A DNA stretch of 64,000 nt from Acidobacteriota bacterium (GTDB lineage: Bacteria; Bacteroidota; Ignavibacteria; UBA10030; UBA8401). Within the stretch, counting starts at the first letter, position 1, and each line of letters starts with the position of its first letter. The DNA lies in the NCBI GenBank assembly GCA_050258555.1, contig JBLMZA010000129.1, positions 21,026 to 85,025 on the forward strand. Direction: 5' to 3'. The translations under genes were made by a program, and so were the position numbers. This document shows, in pieces, positions 37,830-46,926 of this stretch. A model generated the notes under the pieces. It did not search any database, was not told the origin of the DNA, and saw only the letters and a program-made list of their open reading frames with translations.

Positions 37830-38354
37830 ATGGCTGATGTAGATCTGTCGCAATCGCGCGGAAAACAAAAGCATTCCAAGAAGAAGAAACGTCGTATCGG
37901 CGTAAAAAACGATATGACTCCCATGGTCGACGTGGCATTCCTGTTGCTGACATTCTTCATGCTCACCACAACGATGGCCAAGCCGCAGACGATGGAAATC
38001 AACCTCCCGCCCGACGAGAAGGTGAACGTGGAGGTCGCGGAATCGAATCTTTTGACATTACGCGTTGTTCCAGATGAAAAGGGCAAGGATACGCTGTCGA
38101 TCTATTACAATGTCGGCGTCGACAAGCCGGTGAAGATCGCCGGAAGCCGCTATGCGTCGATCAAGGCGCTGGGCAAGCTTCTGGCCGAGCAGAACAAGGC
38201 CAATCCGAAGCTGATCACGCTCCTGAAGATCGACAAGAAGGCGAAGTACGTGGATATGGTGGCAATCATGGACGAGTTCGGTCTGGCCGATATCCAGCGC
38301 TTCAGTCTTGCTCCGATGGCGGATTTGGATAAAAAAATACTCGAAAAAATATAG
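37830..38354 (+). CDS. exbD: Biopolymer transporter ExbD (paralog 2)
   Basis: DMTPMVDVAFLLLTFFMLTT. Confidence 0.93.
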   Translation: MADVDLSQSRGKQKHSKKKKRRIGVKNDMTPMVDVAFLLLTFFMLTTTMAKPQTMEINLPPDEKVNVEVAESNLLTLRVVPDEKGKDTLSIYYNVGVDKPVKIAGSRYASIKALGKLLAEQNKANPKLITLLKIDKKAKYVDMVAIMDEFGLADIQRFSLAPMADLDKKILEKI

Positions 38355-38391
38355 CAGTTTGAAAACATCATTGTGTTAAGGAGTTTATTCT

Positions 38392-39135
38392 ATGGCAGCT
38401 GCAGCATCAAATGTTAGCGCGCCGTACGGGTTTCTGGAATTACGCAAGCTCTATCCGAAAAATGTCGTCCGGGCTTTGATCATCGCCGCGGTCATTCATT
38501 TTGCAGCAGTTGGATCGTACTTTCTGATACAGTGGCTTCGCACGGAAGATGAGCCCGTTTATTCAGCGCGCGTCGTATTGAAATATTCAGACCTCGGTCC
38601 GCCGCCGTCGCTGTCGAGCTCGACAGCAGCCCCGGCGGTCTCTGTCGCCGGTCCGGCCGCAAAGCCGACGGTCGGCACGCCTGTTCCGGTGCCGGATGCC
38701 GAAGTCAGCCCTGAGGCCACGATCGCCACGCAGACGGAAATGGCCGCGCAGGTCGGCGCAGCCGTCGAAGGCGGCGAAGGCACCGGCGGCGGCGCTCCGG
38801 TCATCGAAAACGACGTGAAGATTGAAGACGACGGTCCGCCGCCCGATTTCGTGCCGGTGGAGAAGCAGCCCGTGCCGATCAAGAATCCCGCTCCGCAGTA
38901 TCCCGAGATCGCCCGCCGCGCGGGTGTCGAAGGAACGGTGTGGGTGAAGATCTGGGTCGACAAGGAAGGCAAGGCGAAGAAGGCGCAGGTCATCAAGTCC
39001 GATGCCGAGCTCTTCAATCAGAACGCCATCGACGCCGCATTGCAGTGGACGTTCACGCCCGCTGTCATGAACAACGGTCCGGTCGCCGTCTGGGTTTCGA
39101 TCCCCTTCAAGTTCAAACTGAACCAGGCGCGGTAA
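38392..39135 (+). CDS. tonB: Energy transducer TonB
   Basis: YGFLELRKLY N-terminus, TM with His, Pro-rich linker, YPEIARRAGVEGTV, WTFTPA. Confidence 0.93.
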   Translation: MAAAASNVSAPYGFLELRKLYPKNVVRALIIAAVIHFAAVGSYFLIQWLRTEDEPVYSARVVLKYSDLGPPPSLSSSTAAPAVSVAGPAAKPTVGTPVPVPDAEVSPEATIATQTEMAAQVGAAVEGGEGTGGGAPVIENDVKIEDDGPPPDFVPVEKQPVPIKNPAPQYPEIARRAGVEGTVWVKIWVDKEGKAKKAQVIKSDAELFNQNAIDAALQWTFTPAVMNNGPVAVWVSIPFKFKLNQAR

Positions 39136-39150
39136 TTGTTCTCGACCACG

Positions 39151-39372
39151 ATGGATCCAGGAAAATTCAGTATCTATTTCGGATATGCCATGGCAGCGAT
39201 TTTCTGCTGCCTTGGCATTGTTTTATTAGCGGGGGTCCTGCCGGCCGAACTTCAGCCGCCTGCGGAGTTCCGCATCATCCTCGGCATCGTGCTCCTGCTC
39301 TATGCCGTGTTCCGGTTTCTTTCGACGCGCACCAAAGCAAAACAAACCAATGAAGATCGGTCTGCATTTTGA
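39151..39372 (+). CDS. Small two-TM membrane protein
   Basis: 73 aa with two hydrophobic helices (GIVLLLYAVFRF); sits in-operon between tonB and the PstS-like gene. Confidence 0.65.
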   Translation: MDPGKFSIYFGYAMAAIFCCLGIVLLAGVLPAELQPPAEFRIILGIVLLLYAVFRFLSTRTKAKQTNEDRSAF

Positions 39373-40276
39373 TCATGTTCTGCGCTCGATCCTCTCCGTA
39401 CTCCTGCTGTGTGCTTTCTTCGGATGCGGACCGAGCGAAGGATCGCCCACCAGCGGCATCGCGACCATCTATGTTGCGGAGGATCTTGCTCCGATCATGG
39501 AACTGGAAGTCGACGCCTTTCAGCAGCAGTATCCTTCGGCGACGATTCAATTGAGGACATCGACGGCAGGACAGGCCGTCGCACACCTGATCAACGACAG
39601 CGTCAAGCTGGTCGTCGTGCCCCGGTATCTGACGCCGGAGGAACAGGCCGTCGTCCGGAAGAATAACATACAGATCGATTCGCAGCGCATCGCCTACGAC
39701 GGCGTGGCCGTCCTGGCCAATTCGTATACGGGCGTGAAAGAGGCGACCGCGGCGCAGCTGGCGGCCTTTGCCTCCGGCGCGCAGACGTCGATGAAGTCCA
39801 TCGGCGGCTCGGCCTCGGAGAATGTCATTCTGGCCTTCGGCGGCCGGAATTCGGAGATGCGCGAGGAACTCGGCGCGCGCCTCCTGCCCTCGGGCGTGAA
39901 GATGACCGAGTCGGTCGCTCCGTGCACCAGTTCTACGCACGCCGTTTCATTCGTCGCAAGCCACCCCTCGGCGCTCGGATTCGTGGGGCTTGCCTGGACG
40001 AAACAGCTTCCGCAGAACGTGAAGATTCTCTCGATCGGAGACCCCGCTTTCAAGCGGCTGCCCTACTTCGACACGCTCGAATATTTTGCGCCCCATCCGG
40101 CCCATCTCTACAGAAATTTTTACCCGCTCCGCCGCACCGTCTACATCCTTTCACGGGGCACGCATATCAATGCCGACAAAGGATTCCTTGCCTTCGTCTC
40201 GGGCAGGGAAGGTCAGAGTGTGATCAACAAGAACGGCCTGGTTCCTGCAACCATGCCGGTGCGTTTAGTTCCATAA
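39350..40276 (+). CDS. PstS-like (PBP_like_2) substrate-binding lipoprotein
   Basis: Lipobox-like FFGC; PTSG, IAYDGVAV, ALGFVG, YPLRRTVY, GFLAFVSGREGQSVI. Confidence 0.82.
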   Translation: MKIGLHFDHVLRSILSVLLLCAFFGCGPSEGSPTSGIATIYVAEDLAPIMELEVDAFQQQYPSATIQLRTSTAGQAVAHLINDSVKLVVVPRYLTPEEQAVVRKNNIQIDSQRIAYDGVAVLANSYTGVKEATAAQLAAFASGAQTSMKSIGGSASENVILAFGGRNSEMREELGARLLPSGVKMTESVAPCTSSTHAVSFVASHPSALGFVGLAWTKQLPQNVKILSIGDPAFKRLPYFDTLEYFAPHPAHLYRNFYPLRRTVYILSRGTHINADKGFLAFVSGREGQSVINKNGLVPATMPVRLVP

Positions 40277-40310
40277 CTTTTCCGTACTTTAACAGCACAA
40301 GGTAGATATC

Positions 40311-42041
40311 ATGAAATATTTCAGTAAGTTCATTGTGTCGTTGTTACTGACTGCGACCGTCTTTGCCGCACAAGATCCGGTGACGGCCGGTAAAGAGGCG
40401 CTGCATAAAAAAGACTACGACGAGGCGATCAATCAGCTCAGCACGGCCTACAAGGCCAATGCGCGCAATGCCGAAGTCTGCTACATGCTCGGCGAAGCCT
40501 ACCGCCAGAAGGAAAACATCGACTCCGCGTACTTCTTCCTCAACCGGTCGATCGATCTGAACGACGAGTACACGCCCGCCTATGTTTCATTCTTCCCTGT
40601 GCTCGCCTCCAAGGGCGAGTGGACGCGCATCAACAAGCTCTTTGCCGCGGCCACGAAATACGACAAGAAGAATCCGGCCATTCCGTTCGCGCTCGGCGAT
40701 ACCTACCTCGAGCATGATTCGCTCGATAAGGCGATCCTGAACTTCTCGCGCGCCAAGGAGCTCGATGAAAAATTCGTCGACGCCTATATCGGCCTGGCCG
40801 AAGCCTACTCGCGCCAGAACGTCGGCGCCATGGCCATCGCCAACTACCAGAAGGCGCTCGAAGTGGCGCCGAACGATCCGACGGTGCACTACCGTCTGGG
40901 CAAGTCGTACTACAAGAACCGCCAGTACACCGAATCGGCGAAGGAGTTCCAGGAAGCGATCAATCTCGATCCGAAGAACGATGTCGTGATTTACGAGCTG
41001 GCCGACCTCTACTGGCGCGCGAAGCAGTGGGACAACGCCGCGCGCTTCTACGAGAAGTACGTCGCTCTGAAGCCCGATAACAAGCTGGCCTACGAGCATT
41101 ACGCGAAGTCGCTCTATTATTCGAAGAAGAACTACAAGGATGCCGTGCCGGTGATCGAGCAGGCCATCAAGCTGAACCCGACCGTGTTCGACCTGAAACC
41201 GATGCTCGCCCACGCGCTCTATGTGGCCAAGGAGGAAAAGCGCTCGCTCGAGATCTACAAGTCGATTCCCGCCGACTCGCTCGCGGCGGACGATTTCGTG
41301 CGCATGGGCCGCGCCTCGCTCTCCTTGAAGGATACGAGCGCGGCCGTGGCATCCTTCGAGAAGGCAAACAGGCTCGACACGTCGTCCGTCGATGTGGCCG
41401 GAGAGCTTGCCGCCATTTACATGAAGCACCGCCAGATGCGCCAGGCGGCCGATCAGTACATCCGCATCGCAAAGTCGAATCCCGAAAACAAGAGCGCCGT
41501 CTTCTATGCGGCCTACTGTCTGAGCGTGCTTGAACGGTTCGATTCTTCCAAGACGTTCTACAAGCGCTACGTCGAATTGATGCCGGCTTCGGTCCAGGGA
41601 CGCATGATGCTTGCCCAGGCGTATGCCAACGTCGACTCGCTCTCGATGACGCGCCGCGTCTACAACGAAACGCTCCAGCTCATCGACAGCCTTGCACAGG
41701 CCGATACGCTCGACCGGGCGCAGCGCGAGGAGAAATACGGACCGCAGTACATCGCCGTCTACCGCGTGCTGGCGGTGATGCACTATCAGGAAAAGGACTA
41801 TCAGGCCGCGATCAACACGCTGCTGAAGGCGCTCACATACGAAGGAAAGAAGAAGGATGAGAACCTTCACCTCTTCCTGGCCCAGATGTACAATGTGGCG
41901 CGCGGCGCCATCAAGACGCTCTCGCCCGATGAACAGGTGGCATACCGCGACAAGGCTGTCGCCGAGTACAACGTCGTGCTTCAGATCAATCCGCGCAATG
42001 CGACGGCGCTCAAGGAGCGCGGACAGATCATCGGCAAGTAA
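40311..42041 (+). CDS. Periplasmic tetratricopeptide-repeat protein
   Basis: Signal peptide; many TPR motifs (e.g. AIANYQKALEVAPND, AKEFQEAINLDPKN). Confidence 0.9.
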   Translation: MKYFSKFIVSLLLTATVFAAQDPVTAGKEALHKKDYDEAINQLSTAYKANARNAEVCYMLGEAYRQKENIDSAYFFLNRSIDLNDEYTPAYVSFFPVLASKGEWTRINKLFAAATKYDKKNPAIPFALGDTYLEHDSLDKAILNFSRAKELDEKFVDAYIGLAEAYSRQNVGAMAIANYQKALEVAPNDPTVHYRLGKSYYKNRQYTESAKEFQEAINLDPKNDVVIYELADLYWRAKQWDNAARFYEKYVALKPDNKLAYEHYAKSLYYSKKNYKDAVPVIEQAIKLNPTVFDLKPMLAHALYVAKEEKRSLEIYKSIPADSLAADDFVRMGRASLSLKDTSAAVASFEKANRLDTSSVDVAGELAAIYMKHRQMRQAADQYIRIAKSNPENKSAVFYAAYCLSVLERFDSSKTFYKRYVELMPASVQGRMMLAQAYANVDSLSMTRRVYNETLQLIDSLAQADTLDRAQREEKYGPQYIAVYRVLAVMHYQEKDYQAAINTLLKALTYEGKKKDENLHLFLAQMYNVARGAIKTLSPDEQVAYRDKAVAEYNVVLQINPRNATALKERGQIIGK

Positions 42042-42098
42042 CGTTTGTGTTATTCACATTCACTCTTACACATACATCATCTCTTAAAAGGTGACTCT

Positions 42099-43136
42099 AT
42101 GACGCAGGCATCAAAAAAGATTGTCGCAACACCGCTCGTGCTTGTTCTGATGGCCGGACTTTCCCTGTTCGTTGCTTCATGCGGAAAGACTTCGGCGCCC
42201 GAAGTGAAGGAATGGGCGTTCTATCAGAATGCATACGGCATGGAATTCCAGTATCCCCAGGGATGGCAGATCATCGACGAGGCGAAGACTGTCAGGATCT
42301 ACCCGTCGCCCGATGTGGCGCTGCGCTTCGGACCGCCGCCGCAGGAAGATGCGACAAGCGGCGTCGAGATCCGTTTCGGCTTCGAGAAGTTCAAGGATGT
42401 CAACATGGGAACACTGGCCATGTACAAGGATACGGTCGCCGCGAAGATCAAGGAGATGAACACGCTTGACAAGCAGTGGCAGATGACCATCCGCAACGAG
42501 CCGGCCGAAGTGATCACCTATCATGCGAAGATCGGCCCGCGCACGACCATCTACGGCCGCCGCGTCGTGGTCGCCCATGACAGCTCCTTCTACTACATGA
42601 ACTTCGAGGCCTTCAACGATGACTTCACGGCCTATCAGCCGATCATCGATTCGATCACGGCCTCCTGGAAGCTGCCGAAGCCGAAGGAAAGCTACAAGGA
42701 TCCGAATGCGGCATCGAAGCCGTCGCCGGACTTCACGCGCTATCAGAGCGCGGTGATCGAAATGCAGTATCCCGACAACTTCGAGTACAAGCTGCTGCCC
42801 AAGAAAGGCAAGACCGAATTTGCCGTCTCCTTCCAGGGCCTTCGTCAGGACTGCACGATCGACATCGACGTGTTCCCGGCCGAGAAGCTCACGGTCGACA
42901 AGGTGTTCGATCAGAACAAGGGCAAGTTCAATCCGCGCCAGCAGGGCAACGCCACGATCGACGGCAACCAGGCGAAGTTCCTCGTCACACAGGTCAATCC
43001 CTCGATCGACCGCAAGGTGTACTTCACGGTGAAGAACGACAAAGTCTACCGCGTCATCCTCACCTGGTACAAGCCGATGACGTCCGACTTCCAGCCGGCC
43101 TTCGAGAAGGCGGTGAGCACGCTGAAGATCAAGTAA
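42099..43136 (+). CDS. Lipoprotein with two PsbP/DcrB-like domains
   Basis: Lipobox VASC; repeated MEFQYPQGW / IEMQYPDNF starts, TIRNEPA / TIDGNQA, and C-terminal helices typical of the PsbP/Mog1 fold. Confidence 0.65.
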   Translation: MTQASKKIVATPLVLVLMAGLSLFVASCGKTSAPEVKEWAFYQNAYGMEFQYPQGWQIIDEAKTVRIYPSPDVALRFGPPPQEDATSGVEIRFGFEKFKDVNMGTLAMYKDTVAAKIKEMNTLDKQWQMTIRNEPAEVITYHAKIGPRTTIYGRRVVVAHDSSFYYMNFEAFNDDFTAYQPIIDSITASWKLPKPKESYKDPNAASKPSPDFTRYQSAVIEMQYPDNFEYKLLPKKGKTEFAVSFQGLRQDCTIDIDVFPAEKLTVDKVFDQNKGKFNPRQQGNATIDGNQAKFLVTQVNPSIDRKVYFTVKNDKVYRVILTWYKPMTSDFQPAFEKAVSTLKIK

Positions 43137-43158
43137 CGCGGCGTTCCAGTAGTGTCGC

Positions 43159-43216
43159 CAAAGGCACGGAGCCGTTCCATGATGAGCCATGGGACCTCCG
43201 TGCCTTTGCTGTTTTT
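43159..43216 (+). terminator. Intrinsic terminator of the Ton/TPR operon
   Basis: CAAAGGCACGGAG (43159-43171) / CTCCGTGCCTTTG (43196-43208) followed by CTGTTTTT. Confidence 0.75.
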
Positions 43217-43307
43217 GGCCAGGGAATTATTTATATTCTCTTGACTGTTGTAAGGCTGAGACTCCGAGTCTTTGTATCCACTCACTTATTGACAGGACGC
43301 ATCCTCT

Positions 43308-43856
43308 ATGACCAATCTGAAAGACCTGCCGGTGGGACCCGATGCCCCCCGTGTCGTCAATGCGATCATTGAAATTCCGAAGGGCAGCCGCAACAAATAC
43401 GAGTACGACATCGAGCTCGGCGTGATGAAGCTCAACCGCGTGCTCTATTCGTCGATTCATTATCCGGCGGCCTACGGATTCGTGCCGAGCACGCTGTGGG
43501 ACGACGGGGATCCGATGGACATTCTCATCTTCATCAATGAGCCGCTGGCAACCGGAGTGCTCGTCGAAGCGAAACCGATCGGGATCCTCCGCATGCGCGA
43601 TGAAAAGGAAAATGACGACAAGCTTCTTGCCATCGCCATGAACGATCCGACATACCGTTCGATCCGCGACATCAAGGATGTGCCCGAACACATGCTCCTG
43701 GAAATCGAATATTTCTTCCAGACCTATAAGAAGCTCGAGCATAAGCACGTGGAAAGCCTCGGCTGGGATAACGTGCTCTCGGCGCAGGAATCGATCCGCC
43801 GTGCGCAGCAGCTCTATCAGCAGTCGCAAAAGAAACGAAGGACGAAGAAGAAATGA
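43308..43856 (+). CDS. ppa: Inorganic pyrophosphatase, family I
   Basis: IEIPKGSRNKYEYD, YGFVPST, DGDPMD, DDKL, FFQTYKKLE. Confidence 0.95.
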   Translation: MTNLKDLPVGPDAPRVVNAIIEIPKGSRNKYEYDIELGVMKLNRVLYSSIHYPAAYGFVPSTLWDDGDPMDILIFINEPLATGVLVEAKPIGILRMRDEKENDDKLLAIAMNDPTYRSIRDIKDVPEHMLLEIEYFFQTYKKLEHKHVESLGWDNVLSAQESIRRAQQLYQQSQKKRRTKKK

Positions 43857-43863
43857 GGTGAGC

Positions 43864-44586
43864 ATGCCAATCGGTTCTCTCATCCGCCGTTTCAGCCTGC
43901 GTGCATGGGGCGCATGCGCCCTGTCTCTGCTGCTGCTCTCGGGCGCATCCCGGGCGCAGAGAGCCGATCAGCCGCAGTGCGGAGACGGCCCGCAGCCTCT
44001 GCATACGGGCCGGGCCTATTATTATGACGCCGATGGCAGCGGCAACTGCGGCTTCGATGCGACCCCGAACGACCTGATGGTCGCGGCGGTGAACACGGCC
44101 GATTATCTCGGAGCCTATCTCTGCGGCGCGTCGATCAGAGTCACGGGTCCCAAGGGCTCGGTTGTGGTGCGGGTCGTGGACCGCTGCGGCGGGTGCCCGG
44201 AAGGCGATATCGATCTGAGTCCCCAGGCGTTCGCAAAAATCGGCGATCTCCCGCTCGGTTCTGTTCCCGTGACCTGGCAGATCGTCGCCTCCGACATCTC
44301 GGGGCCCATCCGCTACCACTTCCAGGCCGAGAGCAACCAGTGGTGGACCGCCGTGCAGGTGCGCAACCACCGGTATCCCATCGTGCGCTTCGAATACAAA
44401 ACCGCCGGCGGTATGTTCAAGCGCGTCGAGCGCGTGAATTACAACTACTTCGTCGAAGGCATGGGACCCGGACCCTATACCTTCCGCGTGACGGATGTCT
44501 ACGGACACACGCTCACAGACAGCCTTATTGCGCACACGCCCGGGGCCGACGTCCCGGGCCGCTCGCAGTTCCCGGTGAGCCGGTGA
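43864..44586 (+). CDS. Bacterial expansin (EXLX1 family; DPBB + CBM63)
   Basis: Signal peptide; GNCGF, CGASIRVTGPKG, VVDRCGGCPEGDIDLSPQAF, NQWWTAVQVRNHRYPI, YNYF, RVTDVYG. Confidence 0.9.
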   Translation: MPIGSLIRRFSLRAWGACALSLLLLSGASRAQRADQPQCGDGPQPLHTGRAYYYDADGSGNCGFDATPNDLMVAAVNTADYLGAYLCGASIRVTGPKGSVVVRVVDRCGGCPEGDIDLSPQAFAKIGDLPLGSVPVTWQIVASDISGPIRYHFQAESNQWWTAVQVRNHRYPIVRFEYKTAGGMFKRVERVNYNYFVEGMGPGPYTFRVTDVYGHTLTDSLIAHTPGADVPGRSQFPVSR

Positions 44587-44670
44587 GCCCCGGTTGAAAA
44601 AAACGCGGGGCTGAAACTTGCAGATCAATGCGGTGTTGTGTAGTTTATAAGGATAGTTTCATAATCCCGG

Positions 44671-45231
44671 ATGATGTTTACACGCGAGGAAAAAAAATAC
44701 CTGATCGGCGTCGCCCGGCATGCTCTCGAAGAGGAGATCGCCGGCGGCTCTTCGCTTCCCGTGCCCGTGCGGCCTTCCGCCTCCGAGCACCTGGCGCAGA
44801 AATCCGGCGCCTTCGTCACGCTCATGGAAGGAAGCGAACTCCGGGGCTGCCTGGGGCTCCTTTCTGCCGATGCGCCGCTTCCGGAAACGATTGCCGAGAT
44901 GGCGCGCCGCGCCGCCACCGAGGATCCGCGATTCGATCCTGTGACCGCGCAGGAACTCGGCCGGCTTTCCATTGAGCTGTCGATCCTTTCTCCCTTCACG
45001 CCGATTGCCGGCCCTTCAGAGATTCAAATCGGCAGGGACGGATTGCTCGTGACGCAGGGGCGTCGGCGGGGACTGCTTCTGCCGCAGGTGGCCGAACGCT
45101 ACCATTTCACGCCCGAAGAATTTCTGGAAGAGACATGCCTGAAGGCCGGCCTGCCGCGCGCGGCATGGAAGATGGAAGAGACCAGCCTTTTTTCATTCAG
45201 GGCCGATGTGATCGAAGAAGAAGAGACGTAA
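44671..45231 (+). CDS. amrA: AmmeMemoRadiSam system protein A (AMMECR1 domain)
   Basis: GAFVTL, LRGCLG, DPRF, GLLLPQVA, CLKAGL. Confidence 0.92.
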   Translation: MMFTREEKKYLIGVARHALEEEIAGGSSLPVPVRPSASEHLAQKSGAFVTLMEGSELRGCLGLLSADAPLPETIAEMARRAATEDPRFDPVTAQELGRLSIELSILSPFTPIAGPSEIQIGRDGLLVTQGRRRGLLLPQVAERYHFTPEEFLEETCLKAGLPRAAWKMEETSLFSFRADVIEEEET

Positions 45232-45244
45232 AGGAGAGACAGCC

Positions 45245-46084
45245 ATGATTGCACATGATACCATCAGGCGTCCCGCCGTGGCGGGAATGTTCTATCCCGG
45301 CACCAAAGAGGAATTGGAGAGCGAAGTGGGCCGGCTGCTCGATGCGGCATCGGCGCAGCCTTCGGCGAAGAAGGAGGGGGTGCTTACAGGACTGATTGTT
45401 CCCCATGCGGGATACATGTATTCGGGCGCGACGGCCGCACGCGCCTATCATCTGGCCAAAGGCGCCGATATCGAGACCTGCATCCTCATCGGTCCGAGCC
45501 ATCAGGAATATTTCATGGGGGTGAGCGTGTATCCGGGAGCGGCCTATGTGACGCCCCTGGGCGAGGCGCCGATCGATCAGGACTTGCGCGATAAGCTCTT
45601 GTCGCATTCGCCGCTCATACAGGAAGCGGCCGAAGGCCACCGGGCCGAGCATTCGCTTGAAGTGCAGCTTCCGTTTCTGCAGACCGTGCTGCCTGAAGCG
45701 AAGATTGTTCCGCTGGTGATGGGAGACCAGGAATCGGAAACCTGCTGGGAACTCGGCACAATCGTGGCCGATGCCTCGCGCGGAAAGAAGGTGCTTCTGG
45801 TGGCCAGCAGCGACCTGTCGCATTTCTATCCCTCGACGGTGGCGAGAACCAAAGACCAGGAAGTGCTCTCTTTGATCGGCGCCTTCGATATCCGGGGCCT
45901 GCTCACGCAGCTTGAATCCGGATCGTGCGAGGCTTGCGGAGGCGGACCGATCGCTGCGGTGATGTCGGCCGCACAGGAACTGGGCGCGACACGGGCGACG
46001 ATTGTGCATGCCTGCAATTCAGGCGATATCACCGGAGACACATCGCGCGTGGTCGGATACTGCTCGGCGGCCCTATGGAGATGA
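45245..46084 (+). CDS. amrB: AmmeMemoRadiSam system protein B (MEMO1 family)
   Basis: RPAVAGMFYP, PHAGYMYSG, EHSLEVQLPFLQ, ASSDLSH, ACG, VVGY. Confidence 0.93.
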   Translation: MIAHDTIRRPAVAGMFYPGTKEELESEVGRLLDAASAQPSAKKEGVLTGLIVPHAGYMYSGATAARAYHLAKGADIETCILIGPSHQEYFMGVSVYPGAAYVTPLGEAPIDQDLRDKLLSHSPLIQEAAEGHRAEHSLEVQLPFLQTVLPEAKIVPLVMGDQESETCWELGTIVADASRGKKVLLVASSDLSHFYPSTVARTKDQEVLSLIGAFDIRGLLTQLESGSCEACGGGPIAAVMSAAQELGATRATIVHACNSGDITGDTSRVVGYCSAALWR

Positions 46085-46926
46085 TCGTGAAACCCCTTGT
46101 GACCATTCTGGGAGCGGGAGCCGTGGGCTCCTCGCTCGCGCTTGCGCTGCGCGCTCCCTCGGGCGCCTATGCGCTTTCTGCGCTGGCAAGCAGGAGCGAG
46201 GAAACGGTCAGATCCCTGGCCCGGCGCCTGCGGACGAAGCGCTTCACGACGTTCGAAGACTTTACGATGCCCGACGAGGGGCTCATCCTGATTGCCGTGC
46301 CCGATGACGCGCTGCCGGGCCTTGCCCTGCGGATCGCTCACGCGATGCCGCCGGAGCGCCGCACGGCGGCCGTCGTGCTCCATACATCGGGCGCGCTCGG
46401 CGCCGATGTGCTTTCACCGCTGCGCGAGAAGGGAGCCTCGGTCGGATCATTCCATCCGCTCATGCTGTTTCCCAGGGGCCGCTCGACAGGCAAAGAGTTC
46501 GCCCGATGTCCCGTGGCGATCGAGGGAGACGCATTGGCCGTCGAGGCGGCCGAAGGGCTCGCTGCCGCGCTTCAGGCGCGGCCGTTCCGGATCGCCACGG
46601 AAAAAAAGACGCTCTATCACATTGCCGCTGTTTTTGCAAGTAATTATTTCGTAACTTTGTTATCTGCCGTCGGGAAGTCCGGAAGCGCGCTCGGGCTGCC
46701 GCCTGAAGAAACCATGGCGCTTTTTACGCCGCTCATCCGCCAGACGCTTGGAGCCGTGCTGGAATCCTCTCCGGGCGAAGCGCTCACCGGACCGATTGTC
46801 CGCAACGACTGCGATACGCTCCGCCGGCATCTTGATGCGCTGAGAGAGTTCGGTGACAACGACCTGCTCTCGCTCTATATTGAACTCGGCCTTGCCACAG
46901 CGCACCTGGCCAGGGAACATGAATGA
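46081..46926 (+). CDS. Rossmann-like + DUF2520 protein (PanG-type ketopantoate reductase-like)
   Basis: GAGAVG, AVPDD, HTSG, HPL, YHIAAVFASNY, ALTGPIVRND; ATGA overlap with amrB. Confidence 0.88.
   Translation: MIVKPLVTILGAGAVGSSLALALRAPSGAYALSALASRSEETVRSLARRLRTKRFTTFEDFTMPDEGLILIAVPDDALPGLALRIAHAMPPERRTAAVVLHTSGALGADVLSPLREKGASVGSFHPLMLFPRGRSTGKEFARCPVAIEGDALAVEAAEGLAAALQARPFRIATEKKTLYHIAAVFASNYFVTLLSAVGKSGSALGLPPEETMALFTPLIRQTLGAVLESSPGEALTGPIVRNDCDTLRRHLDALREFGDNDLLSLYIELGLATAHLAREHE

Noticed and set aside
37378-37970. Near-identical DMTPMVDV...LLTFFMLTT segments as a DNA repeat or recent duplication
   Set aside because: This is the conserved ExbD transmembrane motif; the rest of the two genes is divergent
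35943-38400. AT-richer stretch as a possible horizontally acquired island
   Set aside because: AT richness is confined to intergenic DNA and gene starts of a conserved housekeeping operon; no integrase, tRNA or flanking repeats
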